Shown: positions 47,526 to 57,370 of the stretch, piece by piece | Layout: each line of letters begins with the position of its first letter | Numbering within the stretch: position 1 is the stretch's first letter | Assembly (NCBI GenBank): GCA_964427915.1 | Contig: CAYRWA010000058.1 | Span: forward strand, 40,199 to 104,198 | Reading direction: 5' to 3' | Source of the DNA: an uncultured Caldisericota bacterium | Lineage (GTDB): Bacteria > Caldisericota > Caldisericia > UBA6126 | DNA: 64,000 nucleotides | Program-made: the position numbers and the translations under genes | The notes under the pieces: model-generated | Seen by the model: the letters and a program-made list of their open reading frames with translations, nothing else | What the model was told of the DNA's origin: nothing | The model's database searches: none

Positions 47526-50243
47526 ATGAAGCACTGCGAGTCTAAATACGTAACAAGATGCGCTCTTATTGTACTTCTTGCTCTATTTTTTTCTTGTATA
47601 CCGATTAAACAGGGTTACACACATAGTAGTACCCAACTTGATGATGTATCAAATATCTATATTGTTGAATTGTATGGTATGCCATTGGCTTCTAAATTGA
47701 ATGCTTCATCGGAAGAAGGAATGAACAGATGGTGGTCACTGATCGATTTGCAGCATACTCTTTTTTTACAAGATTGCTTCCATCTTTTTACTTCTTCCTT
47801 CCCCATTCAATACGAATATTTTCATGTTTTTAACGGATTTTCCATCGAGGCTACAATAGAAGAAATTCAATCAATTCGTCAGTCGCCCTATGTTAGTACT
47901 GTCTATTTGGCCCAAGAATACTATTTGCAAAGAGAAACCTCTGTTCCTCATACCAAGGCTCCATACTGCTGGGAAAAACAAAGCATTGCTGGCCTTCATT
48001 ATAGGGGGCAAGGAATGGTAATAGGAATCATTGATACCGGCGTTGACTACCGACATGGTGAACTGGGCGGAGGGATTGGCAGTACCTGGGATAACACTAT
48101 GTATAAAGTTCGAAAAGGATACGATTTTTCTGAGATGAATTCAATTCCATATTCGATTGGTACAAGTAACCATGGTACTCATGTTGCTGGAATTGCTGCA
48201 GGCAACGGAGAGGCTGGTATTGCAATCCGAGAAAACAAAGCTTCTGGCGTTGCACCAGACGCTTCTCTATCGGTCTACAAAGTATTTACTAGTAAAAAAG
48301 ATTCAACTGGAGAAACTGCTATTTTAATGGCACTAGAACAGTCCCTGATCGATAAATGTGACATCGTAAACTTAAGTCTAGGGAAGAATTTTGGATGGAC
48401 AAGCGACCCCCTATCTATTGCTTGTGATAGATTGGTCGAAGCGGGTGTTATCGTTGTTGCATCAGCTGGGAACTCTGGCTTGCGTAATTCAACTTTGAAT
48501 CCTTTTCCTATTCATGCCCCTGGTAGTGGTCTTTCCTCTATTTCAGTTGCTGCTTCTGATGCTACATTGAAGGATGGTTTTTATTTTACTTCCTCTAGTG
48601 GCCGCTCTCATTTTGCCATAGGCCAGCCAATTTCACCTACACCAAACGCTTCTCAAACAAAGATACCCCTGGAGATTCTATCAGGAAATATTACGCCATC
48701 TACATTTCAACAACGTGAGTTCCAAGGAAAAGCCATAATGGTATTTTCTCCTGATCTATCACTGCAGTCATTGTATCATTATGCAGAGCAATCTAAGGTG
48801 CATTCAGTATTGGTTGTAAATACTAAAAAAAACTTCACCACCATTACTCTTCCATCGGATTTTGATAAGGTCCCTATGATGAGCCTTTCTTATGAAACTG
48901 GAAATTATGTGCAGTCCATTGTAGATATCCAAAAAAAACCCGTTATGATTCATTACGGATATCAAAAGGAAGCCATTACCATGGCTTCCTTTTCTTCGCA
49001 AGGACCCACACCTGATTTTTATCTAAAACCTGAGATTACTGCCCCGGGATATCAAATTTCTTCTACCTTAACAAACCATCAGTACGGTATTTACAGCGGA
49101 ACAAGTATGTCTAGTCCCCATGTAGCCGGTGGTGCTGCCCTCTTAAAACAACTACATTCAAACTGGTCTCCCTCGGAGATTAAATCTCTACTTGTAAACT
49201 ATGCTCAACCAATAGTAAATCCTCTTACGCAAGAACGATATTCTATCTATTTGCAGGGTGGCGGCGATCTAGATTTACAAAATTCATTTTCCGGGAATCT
49301 TGTAGTTGATCCTCCTACAATCTCTTATGGTAGCATACAGGAAAACGAATCTACATGGATCCGCATAACAAACAAAGGAACACAATCACAAACCCTTGAA
49401 TTTCACTGCACTTCCCCTACTCATCAAAAGGCTGCAGTTGTAGTATCTCCTTATAAATTCTCGATTGAACCACAGGAAACTATTCCCATTAAGATTACTC
49501 TGGAAGTAACTAATGATACGATTCAAGGCTTTGGTGAGTTTTGGCTAGAGGCTTTATACGATGGCGACAGGATCCTTCAGATTCCTAGTATTTTTTACCA
49601 CGGCACGTATCCCGATATGGATCCAATTCTCACGTCATATATGTTTCCTACGCTTGCAATATCACCGAATAATGATGGATATGGTGATCAAAATCATTAT
49701 GTTTGCCTAAGTCCATACAACGTTGATGGTATTGAGGTAGATTTATTTGATCAAACAGATCAATTCATCCACAATTTGTTCTATCTTAGAAGTACGATAG
49801 GAGCAGGTTATTATGCAGTACCTTTTACAGGATTTCACAATGGCACTCCTCTGGAAGATGGGTATTACAAAATAAAATCCTATGTTTTGCCTACAGGGAA
49901 AGATTACAAAAAAGTTACGGATTGGCAATTTGGGCAAGAATCGACAGTATTGGTTGATACCATTCCCCCAGAACTACACCTTACACATTCATGGCTAAAA
50001 AATAACACACTTCATATTACCGGAAAAATTAATGACGAAAATGCATCTCATGGTTTATTTCTTTATTATGAACTTGACTACGATGACGGAGCAATGCTTT
50101 CTGTGAAAGAGGATGGATCGTTTGATCAGACAATACAAATAAACGAAAATCATTGCTTTATACGATTTACAGCCCAAGATATTGCAGGAAATCGATCATC
50201 TGTTAAGAAGAGAATTCCAGTACTAAATTTTACTGATGGTTGA
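47526..50243 (+). CDS. Secreted S8 serine peptidase, a paralog of the one at the left edge
   Basis: Start moved to MKHCESKYV (47526) with a signal peptide. Motifs IIDTGVDY, HGTHVAGIAAG, GTSMSSPHVAGG; PA-like insert; C-terminal Ig/FlgD-like domains. Extended -10 TGtTACAAT at about 47497-47505. Confidence 0.85.
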   Translation: MKHCESKYVTRCALIVLLALFFSCIPIKQGYTHSSTQLDDVSNIYIVELYGMPLASKLNASSEEGMNRWWSLIDLQHTLFLQDCFHLFTSSFPIQYEYFHVFNGFSIEATIEEIQSIRQSPYVSTVYLAQEYYLQRETSVPHTKAPYCWEKQSIAGLHYRGQGMVIGIIDTGVDYRHGELGGGIGSTWDNTMYKVRKGYDFSEMNSIPYSIGTSNHGTHVAGIAAGNGEAGIAIRENKASGVAPDASLSVYKVFTSKKDSTGETAILMALEQSLIDKCDIVNLSLGKNFGWTSDPLSIACDRLVEAGVIVVASAGNSGLRNSTLNPFPIHAPGSGLSSISVAASDATLKDGFYFTSSSGRSHFAIGQPISPTPNASQTKIPLEILSGNITPSTFQQREFQGKAIMVFSPDLSLQSLYHYAEQSKVHSVLVVNTKKNFTTITLPSDFDKVPMMSLSYETGNYVQSIVDIQKKPVMIHYGYQKEAITMASFSSQGPTPDFYLKPEITAPGYQISSTLTNHQYGIYSGTSMSSPHVAGGAALLKQLHSNWSPSEIKSLLVNYAQPIVNPLTQERYSIYLQGGGDLDLQNSFSGNLVVDPPTISYGSIQENESTWIRITNKGTQSQTLEFHCTSPTHQKAAVVVSPYKFSIEPQETIPIKITLEVTNDTIQGFGEFWLEALYDGDRILQIPSIFYHGTYPDMDPILTSYMFPTLAISPNNDGYGDQNHYVCLSPYNVDGIEVDLFDQTDQFIHNLFYLRSTIGAGYYAVPFTGFHNGTPLEDGYYKIKSYVLPTGKDYKKVTDWQFGQESTVLVDTIPPELHLTHSWLKNNTLHITGKINDENASHGLFLYYELDYDDGAMLSVKEDGSFDQTIQINENHCFIRFTAQDIAGNRSSVKKRIPVLNFTDG

Positions 50244-50297
50244 GACTTTTGTATATAGTCATATAATAAGTTTAGCTCTATAAGTAAAGGAGTTGTC

Positions 50298-51356
50298 ATG
50301 GGTGACAAAATTTTAATGAAGGGCGCCGAAGTCATCGGCGAAGCTGCTGTAAAAGCAGGTTGTAGACTTTTTTTCGGGTATCCTATTACACCACAAAACG
50401 AAGCTCCAGCTTACATGGCAAGACGTTTGCCTGAAGTTGGGGGTACTTTCGTTCAAGCTGAAAGCGAAGTAGCTGCAATAAATATGTTGTATGGTGCTTC
50501 TGCAGCCGGATATCGTGTTATGACGAGTTCGTCTAGTCCTGGTATCAGCCTTATGATGGAAGGTATATCGTATTGTGCAGGATCCGAACTTCCTGTTGTT
50601 ATCGTTAATGTAATGAGAGGGGGACCTGGCCTAGGCGGCATTGGACCTTCTCAATCTGACTATTTTCAGTCCACCAAAGGTGGAGGTCATGGTGATTACA
50701 AAATGATTACCTTGGCTCCTACCAATCTTCAAGAACAAGCTGATTTAATGAAGACAGCATTTGATTTAGCTGACCAATACCGTATTCCCGTTATGGTATT
50801 GAGTGACGGATTATTGGGTCAAATTATGGAAGCAGTTGAGTTCACATTCGATATTGATCCAGCTTCATTACCACACAAAGATTGGGCAGCAGATGGACGG
50901 TTGAATCGCGAAAAGCATTTAATCAACTCTTTAGACCTTGATCTTGATGGTCTTGAACATCATAATGAAAAACTACAAGCCCGATACCGAACCATTGAAG
51001 AAAAGGAAACATTGTGCGAAGAGTATCATACCGACGATGCAAAGATTTGTATTGTTGCCTATGGTACCACTGCTCGCATTGCCAAAACTGCCGTTGAAAT
51101 TCTTAGAGAAGATGGTTATAAGGTAGGATTGGTACGACCCATTACACTTTGGCCATTTCCTGTAGAAAATCTTAAGAAAGCTGTAAAGAATCCAATTACG
51201 GAATCTTTTTATGTGTTCGAGCTTAATGCAGGGCAAATGCTAGAAGATGTTCAACTTGTTGTGAATGGACAGAAACCTATCCGTTTCTTTGGACGAATGG
51301 GTGGAAATGTACCTAGTCCAGATGAATTTATTAAAAAGATTAAAGAAATCTATTAA
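50298..51356 (+). CDS. 2-oxoacid:ferredoxin oxidoreductase alpha subunit (second system)
   Basis: KorA-like; GYPITPQNE. Confidence 0.8.
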   Translation: MGDKILMKGAEVIGEAAVKAGCRLFFGYPITPQNEAPAYMARRLPEVGGTFVQAESEVAAINMLYGASAAGYRVMTSSSSPGISLMMEGISYCAGSELPVVIVNVMRGGPGLGGIGPSQSDYFQSTKGGGHGDYKMITLAPTNLQEQADLMKTAFDLADQYRIPVMVLSDGLLGQIMEAVEFTFDIDPASLPHKDWAADGRLNREKHLINSLDLDLDGLEHHNEKLQARYRTIEEKETLCEEYHTDDAKICIVAYGTTARIAKTAVEILREDGYKVGLVRPITLWPFPVENLKKAVKNPITESFYVFELNAGQMLEDVQLVVNGQKPIRFFGRMGGNVPSPDEFIKKIKEIY

Positions 51357-51368
51357 GGGGGTATCGTA

Positions 51369-52121
51369 ATGAATGAAATGAAACAAATCTTTAAAGTGAC
51401 TCCCTTATTGAGTAAAACAAAACGTTCTTATTGTCCAGGTTGTACTCATGGAGTTATACATCGTCTTGTGTGTGAAGTTATAGAAGAAATGGATCAATTT
51501 GAAAATTCCATCATTGTTGTTCCTGTAGGTTGTTCTACACTAGCTATTCACTATTTTGAATTCGATACTGTCCAAGCGGCACATGGTAGAGCACCAGCTG
51601 TTGCAACTGGCATGAAAAGGGCAATGCCTTCAAAAACCATCTTTACCTATCAAGGAGATGGTGACCTTGCTTCTATTGGTACTGCTGAAATTGTTCATGC
51701 AGCAACTCGTGGCGAGAGAATTACAACCATTTTTGTGAACAACGGTATCTATGGGATGACAGGTGGCCAAATGGCCCCTACAACTCTTGAAGGTTGGAAA
51801 ACGGAAACATCTCCTTATGGTAGGGATCTTGTTAAAGAAGGATATCCTATTCGTATGTGCGAGATGTTGAGCCAATTAAACGGACCTGCCTATATTGCTC
51901 GAACGTCTGTGCATACACCAGCCAATATAGTGAAAACTAAAAAAGCAATTCGGAAAGCTTTCAAAGCCCAGCGAAATGATCTAGGGTTTGCACTTGTTGA
52001 AATCTTATCAACATGTCCGACAAACTGGGGCATGAATCCTGTCGACTCTCTTAAACGAATCGAAAACGAGACGATGAATTATTATCCACTCGGTGAATTT
52101 AAAAGCGTGGAGGGACTATAA
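51369..52121 (+). CDS. 2-oxoacid:ferredoxin oxidoreductase beta subunit (TPP)
   Basis: CPGCTHG, GDGD. Confidence 0.8.
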   Translation: MNEMKQIFKVTPLLSKTKRSYCPGCTHGVIHRLVCEVIEEMDQFENSIIVVPVGCSTLAIHYFEFDTVQAAHGRAPAVATGMKRAMPSKTIFTYQGDGDLASIGTAEIVHAATRGERITTIFVNNGIYGMTGGQMAPTTLEGWKTETSPYGRDLVKEGYPIRMCEMLSQLNGPAYIARTSVHTPANIVKTKKAIRKAFKAQRNDLGFALVEILSTCPTNWGMNPVDSLKRIENETMNYYPLGEFKSVEGL

Positions 52122-52654
52122 TGAAATTTGAATTGTGTGCTGCTGGTTTTGGTGGGCAAGGCGTTATGGCCATTGGTCAATTGATCTCCTATGCAGCTGT
52201 TGAAGAAAATCGTTTTGCTTTGTTTCTCCCTTCGTATGGTCCCGAAATGCGCGGAGGTACAGCAAACTGCGTTTGCATCGTATCCGACAAACAAATTGGA
52301 TCTCCTATTGTTCCCAAAAATGAGAGTGCTATTGTTATGAATACACCATCATTTTTAAAATTTGAACCAACCATCGAAAAAAATGGTTGTTTGTTAGTAA
52401 ATTCCGCATTGATTAATGAAAAATCCTCTCGTACTGATATCAATGTACACTATATACCTGCGAATCATCTTGCTGCTGAAGCAGGTAATAAAATAGTGGC
52501 CAACATCGTAATGCTTGGTGCTTTGCTAAAATTGAAACAGTTTGCAAAAACAGAGACCATTCAAAAAGTCATCAAAGAAAAGTTTGGTTCCAAAGGTCAA
52601 AAAATCCTTGATATGAACATGAAGGCACTACAAATGGGGTTTGATTCTGTATGA
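52121..52654 (+). CDS. 2-oxoacid:ferredoxin oxidoreductase gamma subunit
   Basis: GFGGQGVMA...EMRGG. Confidence 0.8.
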   Translation: MKFELCAAGFGGQGVMAIGQLISYAAVEENRFALFLPSYGPEMRGGTANCVCIVSDKQIGSPIVPKNESAIVMNTPSFLKFEPTIEKNGCLLVNSALINEKSSRTDINVHYIPANHLAAEAGNKIVANIVMLGALLKLKQFAKTETIQKVIKEKFGSKGQKILDMNMKALQMGFDSV

Positions 52655-53763
52655 TCTCCTTGGATCAAGACCGTCTTCAGCAAATATTTGAGCGACTTTT
52701 ACATTCAAATGGCGTATCAAAATGCGAAGACCAAACGGTAAGGTTCATTAAAGAAGTCATTTCAGAAATCCCTATTGAAATCGTCGATAATGCCTCTGTT
52801 TCTAAAACACGAAACAATCTTTTCCTTCGACTACCTAAGAGGGGAGATACCCACTCCCCTCCTATTCTTTTGTCTGCTCATATGGATACCGTCGAAGCAA
52901 CGCCTGCAATTCAGTTTACCTGCAACCAGGGGTTGTATACAACTGACGGTACCACTATCTTAGGTTCCGATGATAAAGCTGGTATTGCTGCTATACTTGA
53001 ATGCTTGTTAGCTCTCCACCATTCCAATTCACCCCACCCAGAAATTGAAGTAGCATTCACTGTTGAAGAAGAAATTGGCTTAGAGGGTGCCAAAGATTTT
53101 GATACATCACTTATCCATTCAAAAAGAGGTATCGTTGTAGATGCAGATGGGCCTCCCGGCGTTATCATGTTTGCAGGTCCTTCTCAAATTCTTTTTGATG
53201 TAACCATTAAAGGAAAAGCTGCTCACGCCGGTATGGCACCAGAAGAAGGGAAAAGTGCCATTTTATTTGCTAGCCAATGTATTTCTACAATACCATTTGG
53301 TAGAATTGATCACGAAACAACAACAAATATAGGCAAAATACAGGGGGGAAAGGCAACCAACATTGTTGCCGAAGATTGTTTTTTGAATGGGGAGATACGT
53401 TCTCATAACGATGCAAAACTTTCGGTTGTAAAAAATCAGATAAAAAGCACTTTTGAACAAGGGATGCAGCAAGGTTATCAAATCGAGTTCAAAGATCGCT
53501 TTGCTTACAAATCGTTTTCCTTTGAATCCAATTGCTCTATTATTCAACAAGTCACTCAAGCCATGCTTGAATGTGGTTTAACTCCACAGTTAAAAGTATG
53601 TGGAGGCGGCTGTGATGCAAATATATTCAACGAAAAGATACCAAACATGGTATGTATCAATCTTGCATGTGGTATGACAGATGTCCATACACACAAAGAG
53701 AGTATTTTGTTTTCTTCTATCGAAAACATTGCTCGTGTATTACTTGCTATTTGCAGCCAGTAA
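52651..53763 (+). CDS. M20-family peptidase, PepT (tripeptide aminopeptidase)-like
   Basis: SAHMDTV and TTILGSDDKAGIAAILE, EEEIG; 4-nt overlap with the gamma subunit. Confidence 0.65.
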   Translation: MISLDQDRLQQIFERLLHSNGVSKCEDQTVRFIKEVISEIPIEIVDNASVSKTRNNLFLRLPKRGDTHSPPILLSAHMDTVEATPAIQFTCNQGLYTTDGTTILGSDDKAGIAAILECLLALHHSNSPHPEIEVAFTVEEEIGLEGAKDFDTSLIHSKRGIVVDADGPPGVIMFAGPSQILFDVTIKGKAAHAGMAPEEGKSAILFASQCISTIPFGRIDHETTTNIGKIQGGKATNIVAEDCFLNGEIRSHNDAKLSVVKNQIKSTFEQGMQQGYQIEFKDRFAYKSFSFESNCSIIQQVTQAMLECGLTPQLKVCGGGCDANIFNEKIPNMVCINLACGMTDVHTHKESILFSSIENIARVLLAICSQ

Positions 53764-53772
53764 GGATTTATT

Positions 53773-54708
53773 ATGCTTTGTGATTTACACTATATGCTTT
53801 CTCAGGCTCAATCAAAATCCTATGCAGTAGGTGCTTTCAATGTGAATTCATTTGCTTATGCGGATGCATTTATTAAAGCTGCAGAGGAAACCAATTCACC
53901 ACTTATCTTGCAGTTCTCTCCGGGTGTGTTAAAGACATACAAAGATTCCTTCCTAGTAGAAGCTTGTGCATCCATAGCTGAAACTTCTACCGCTCCCATT
54001 TGTATTCATCTTGATCATGCAAAAAAAATAGATGACATTAAATTGGCACTCCAGCATGGTGTGTTTCTTTCTTTTATGATTGATGGCTCTCAATATTCTC
54101 TTCAAGAAAATATTCAACTTACAAAAGATGCCTCTGCCCTATTGCACAATGCCTTATCTCCATACAACCTTGCAGACAACAAACAATCTACACAGTCTCT
54201 ATATAAGGGTTTTTCTCTTGAAGCTGAAATTGGTCATGTAGGAACCACCAATTCCGAACAATCTTCAGATACATCGTTAGAGGAAGTTTTGCAATTTGTT
54301 TCCTCGGTCGAAATTGACGCCTTAGCCATATCTATAGGGAATACTCATGGAGAAAAAAACAGAGATACCACTTTACACATTCCTCTGTTAAAAACCATTC
54401 GACAGAACGTTTCCATTCCTTTGGTTCTTCACGGTTCTTCGGGAGTAAAACCTGAAATGATTAAAGAAGCAATCCAAAACGGTATTACAAAAGTCAACGT
54501 AAACACCTATTTTAAAAATTCTTTTTCTGACACTGTAATTGACGAATATGAAAAGAATGGCAAAAAGTTTTTCACCAGCTATAAGCTATATCATCCAACA
54601 GTTCATTCTGTACTGATGGACCGTGCAAAAGAAATACTTACTTTGCTAGGTTCTGTTTCTACTGCAGATTCTTTAATACATGAATTTGAAACAGGTACTA
54701 CTACATAG
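53773..54708 (+). CDS. Class II ketose-bisphosphate aldolase (FBA/tagatose-bisP family)
   Basis: AVGAFNVNS, HLDHAK, LHGSSG. Confidence 0.8.
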   Translation: MLCDLHYMLSQAQSKSYAVGAFNVNSFAYADAFIKAAEETNSPLILQFSPGVLKTYKDSFLVEACASIAETSTAPICIHLDHAKKIDDIKLALQHGVFLSFMIDGSQYSLQENIQLTKDASALLHNALSPYNLADNKQSTQSLYKGFSLEAEIGHVGTTNSEQSSDTSLEEVLQFVSSVEIDALAISIGNTHGEKNRDTTLHIPLLKTIRQNVSIPLVLHGSSGVKPEMIKEAIQNGITKVNVNTYFKNSFSDTVIDEYEKNGKKFFTSYKLYHPTVHSVLMDRAKEILTLLGSVSTADSLIHEFETGTTT

Positions 54709-55924
54709 AGGAAAAATTCCAGCGTTTTAAAGACCACATTTTTGTGATCTTTTCACTGTAATCAAGAGAATACCGATTGAGTAGCAATGTATCAATCATT
54801 GAAATGTAATACAAGTACGTGCTTTCGTTATAACTCAATCCTGAAAAAGTATATACCCTAGGAATCTTGTAGTGCCATCCATCGGTAGATGATATTTGAT
54901 CAGTGCTATGGAACAACCAGGCATTGTCCTCTTTCAATGCAGAAAATAAATACCGGTTTTGAATGGTAGGCTTATCAATTTTTTCCACATACAATGCTAC
55001 ATCTGAAAAATACTCACTCGTAACGTTTTCGCTATCTGTTAAGCTTATAATTACAGGCACATCAATTTTAACAGAGTCCCAGTCAAAATGATTAGGGTTC
55101 TCAAAACCACTATTTTTCATCATAACTCGAATATGATCAACAAATACTTTCTTTTCATTATCCGTAAGCTCTCGCGTAGTTGCCTGTACATCATAATGAA
55201 CTGGGATAAAATTGTACAACTCTTCACTACTAGAAGCAATTACTAAATCGTCCAACCGTGCAGGGTTTGCTTCTTGTTCTATGAAAGGTAAATCTGAATA
55301 GAAAAATGGATTCCATATTTGAGCAGAGAATAAAAGAGGGATTCCCCTTTGAAGCTCTACGGTTGTATTTTCATCATTGAGTGCTTGCACATGTTTTGTG
55401 AAATAAGCATAAAACAAAGAAGGTGAAGGGTACAAGTTAGGAAATGAAACTTTGCTATGAAAACCATCTGACGACCCCATTTCTTTCAAGCAGGGTGTTG
55501 TAGAATACATGGTAAAAACCCAGTAGGCAGATTTTTGAAAACGTATACCACTTACATGGATTGTTTGAGTTTCTTTCCCAAAATTGCAAAGTACTCGAAT
55601 CTGCTGGAAATAATGAGCTTTCCACTGTAGAGAATGAGAAATAAGGAGTATGGGAAGAGAAACTGGATAGATTTTTGCACTTTGAATTTTCTTTCCTTGG
55701 AGTTCACTACTGTTTTCAACAAAAGCTAGTATTGCAGATTTATCAACCTCATCGATTTCATAGGAATCAACTTTTACCCAACTCTGAAACGGAAGATAAG
55801 AATGTAATTCTCTGTAGTTTGATGGAAATTCAACGATTACACTTGATGACTCATTTGCATATCCAGGAGACACAATCGAAAAAACGAAAAAGAATAAAAA
55901 TAGAATAGTCCATTTTTTAAGCAT
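54701..55924 (-). CDS. Secreted hypothetical protein
   Basis: Start moved to MLKKWTILFLFFFVFSIVSPGYA (55924, GAGGTG RBS); no recognisable domain. Confidence 0.5.
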   Translation of the reverse strand: MLKKWTILFLFFFVFSIVSPGYANESSSVIVEFPSNYRELHSYLPFQSWVKVDSYEIDEVDKSAILAFVENSSELQGKKIQSAKIYPVSLPILLISHSLQWKAHYFQQIRVLCNFGKETQTIHVSGIRFQKSAYWVFTMYSTTPCLKEMGSSDGFHSKVSFPNLYPSPSLFYAYFTKHVQALNDENTTVELQRGIPLLFSAQIWNPFFYSDLPFIEQEANPARLDDLVIASSSEELYNFIPVHYDVQATTRELTDNEKKVFVDHIRVMMKNSGFENPNHFDWDSVKIDVPVIISLTDSENVTSEYFSDVALYVEKIDKPTIQNRYLFSALKEDNAWLFHSTDQISSTDGWHYKIPRVYTFSGLSYNESTYLYYISMIDTLLLNRYSLDYSEKITKMWSLKRWNFSSM

Positions 55925-56140
55925 TAAAGTCACCTCATATAGAATTTTTAATAAGTATAACATGATAGATCTGAAACATGAAAGAAGTTTTCTATTTAAT
56001 TTTGCTCTTTGATTCAGAGTTAAAGCCCTGTATTATTAAGTTCTAATATGTACCAAGCAAAAAATAATGATGGTATACCATTGCATTATTTGCATAAATG
56101 TAGTATAAAATAGTGTGAAAATGGAGGGTTTTAATTCACT

Positions 56141-57370
56141 TCATGAAGTAAGATCCTCTTTTTTTTCTGATCTCATCACTATTTCCAGAGCTCTATCCAA
56201 ATCTCCATGAATATAGGATAATACAAAACCATAATTTGTTATAGGCACATTATTCTGTATGGCAATTTGTATACGATATTGTATTTCTTTACGATTCATA
56301 ATACATCCTCCACAATGAATAATAAGTTTGTAATCAGATAAATTTTCAGGGAAATCATGACCAGAATACACATCAAATTCGATTTTCTTTTTCGTTATAT
56401 TTACTAGCCCATGTGGTATTTGCTCTCTCCCAATATCGTTGCAAATAGGATTGTGCGAACAAGCCTCTAAGATTAAAACTCGATCTCCAGAGCATAATCT
56501 TTGTATTGCATCAATACCCTGGAGAAAAACATCTAAATCCCCTTTCATTCTAGCAAGCAGGACAGAAAATCCTGTTACAGGAATAGTAGGGGGCACTATA
56601 GAGAAAACTTCTTTAAAGGCTTGTGAATCGGTGACTACAAGAGAGGGAGTTTTTTTGCAAAGGCTCAACACGTTTGACAGTTCAGAAACTCCAGTGACAA
56701 TGCTTATGGAACCCTGATCCAAAACATCACGAATAGCTTGTTGCTGAGGTAATATAATCCTATTCTTAGGAGCTTCCTTATCGATAGGTATTACCAATAC
56801 AACGATATCTCCAGGTTTTGTAAAATCGGTAATCATTTTAGGAGTTGCGTTCCAATCAACGGGAACAACTTTCTGCAAACACGAAACAAATTCTTGAAGG
56901 AATTGTTCTCGTGAAAGGTCCAAATCATTTACAAAAAACGGAATTCTATCCGTATTCAACCAGTGAGTCAATGATTCATTAATGGTACCGTTGTGCGTTT
57001 CTGTGAGACATACACAAAAAGGAATTTTTTTTAAGCAAAGCTTTTGAACTATCTTTTTGTAAGCTTCTCCTATTGCAGTTGAGTCTATGACGATTATAGC
57101 TACATCAAGACGATCAATGTATTTACTTGTTTTCGTTTGTCGCGCTTGGCCTAGGTTTGAATAATCCTCATATCCAGCTGTATCAATAAACAGGACGGGA
57201 CCAAATGGTTTCAGCTCCATTGTTTTTTCTACTGGATCTGTTGTTGTGCCAGGTTGCATCGAAACTATCGAGACGTTTTGTTTCGTTATTGTGTTTAGTA
57301 AAGTGCTTTTACCTGCATTTGTTTGTCCGAGTATTCCAATGTGAAGTCGCATGCTTTTTATGGTTGACAC
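56141..57370 (-). CDS. hydF: [FeFe]-hydrogenase maturation GTPase HydF
   Basis: G1 GQTNAGKST, then C-terminal CSH...HCGGC. Start at 57370 or 57352. Confidence 0.85.
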   Translation of the reverse strand: MSTIKSMRLHIGILGQTNAGKSTLLNTITKQNVSIVSMQPGTTTDPVEKTMELKPFGPVLFIDTAGYEDYSNLGQARQTKTSKYIDRLDVAIIVIDSTAIGEAYKKIVQKLCLKKIPFCVCLTETHNGTINESLTHWLNTDRIPFFVNDLDLSREQFLQEFVSCLQKVVPVDWNATPKMITDFTKPGDIVVLVIPIDKEAPKNRIILPQQQAIRDVLDQGSISIVTGVSELSNVLSLCKKTPSLVVTDSQAFKEVFSIVPPTIPVTGFSVLLARMKGDLDVFLQGIDAIQRLCSGDRVLILEACSHNPICNDIGREQIPHGLVNITKKKIEFDVYSGHDFPENLSDYKLIIHCGGCIMNRKEIQYRIQIAIQNNVPITNYGFVLSYIHGDLDRALEIVMRSEKKEDLTS

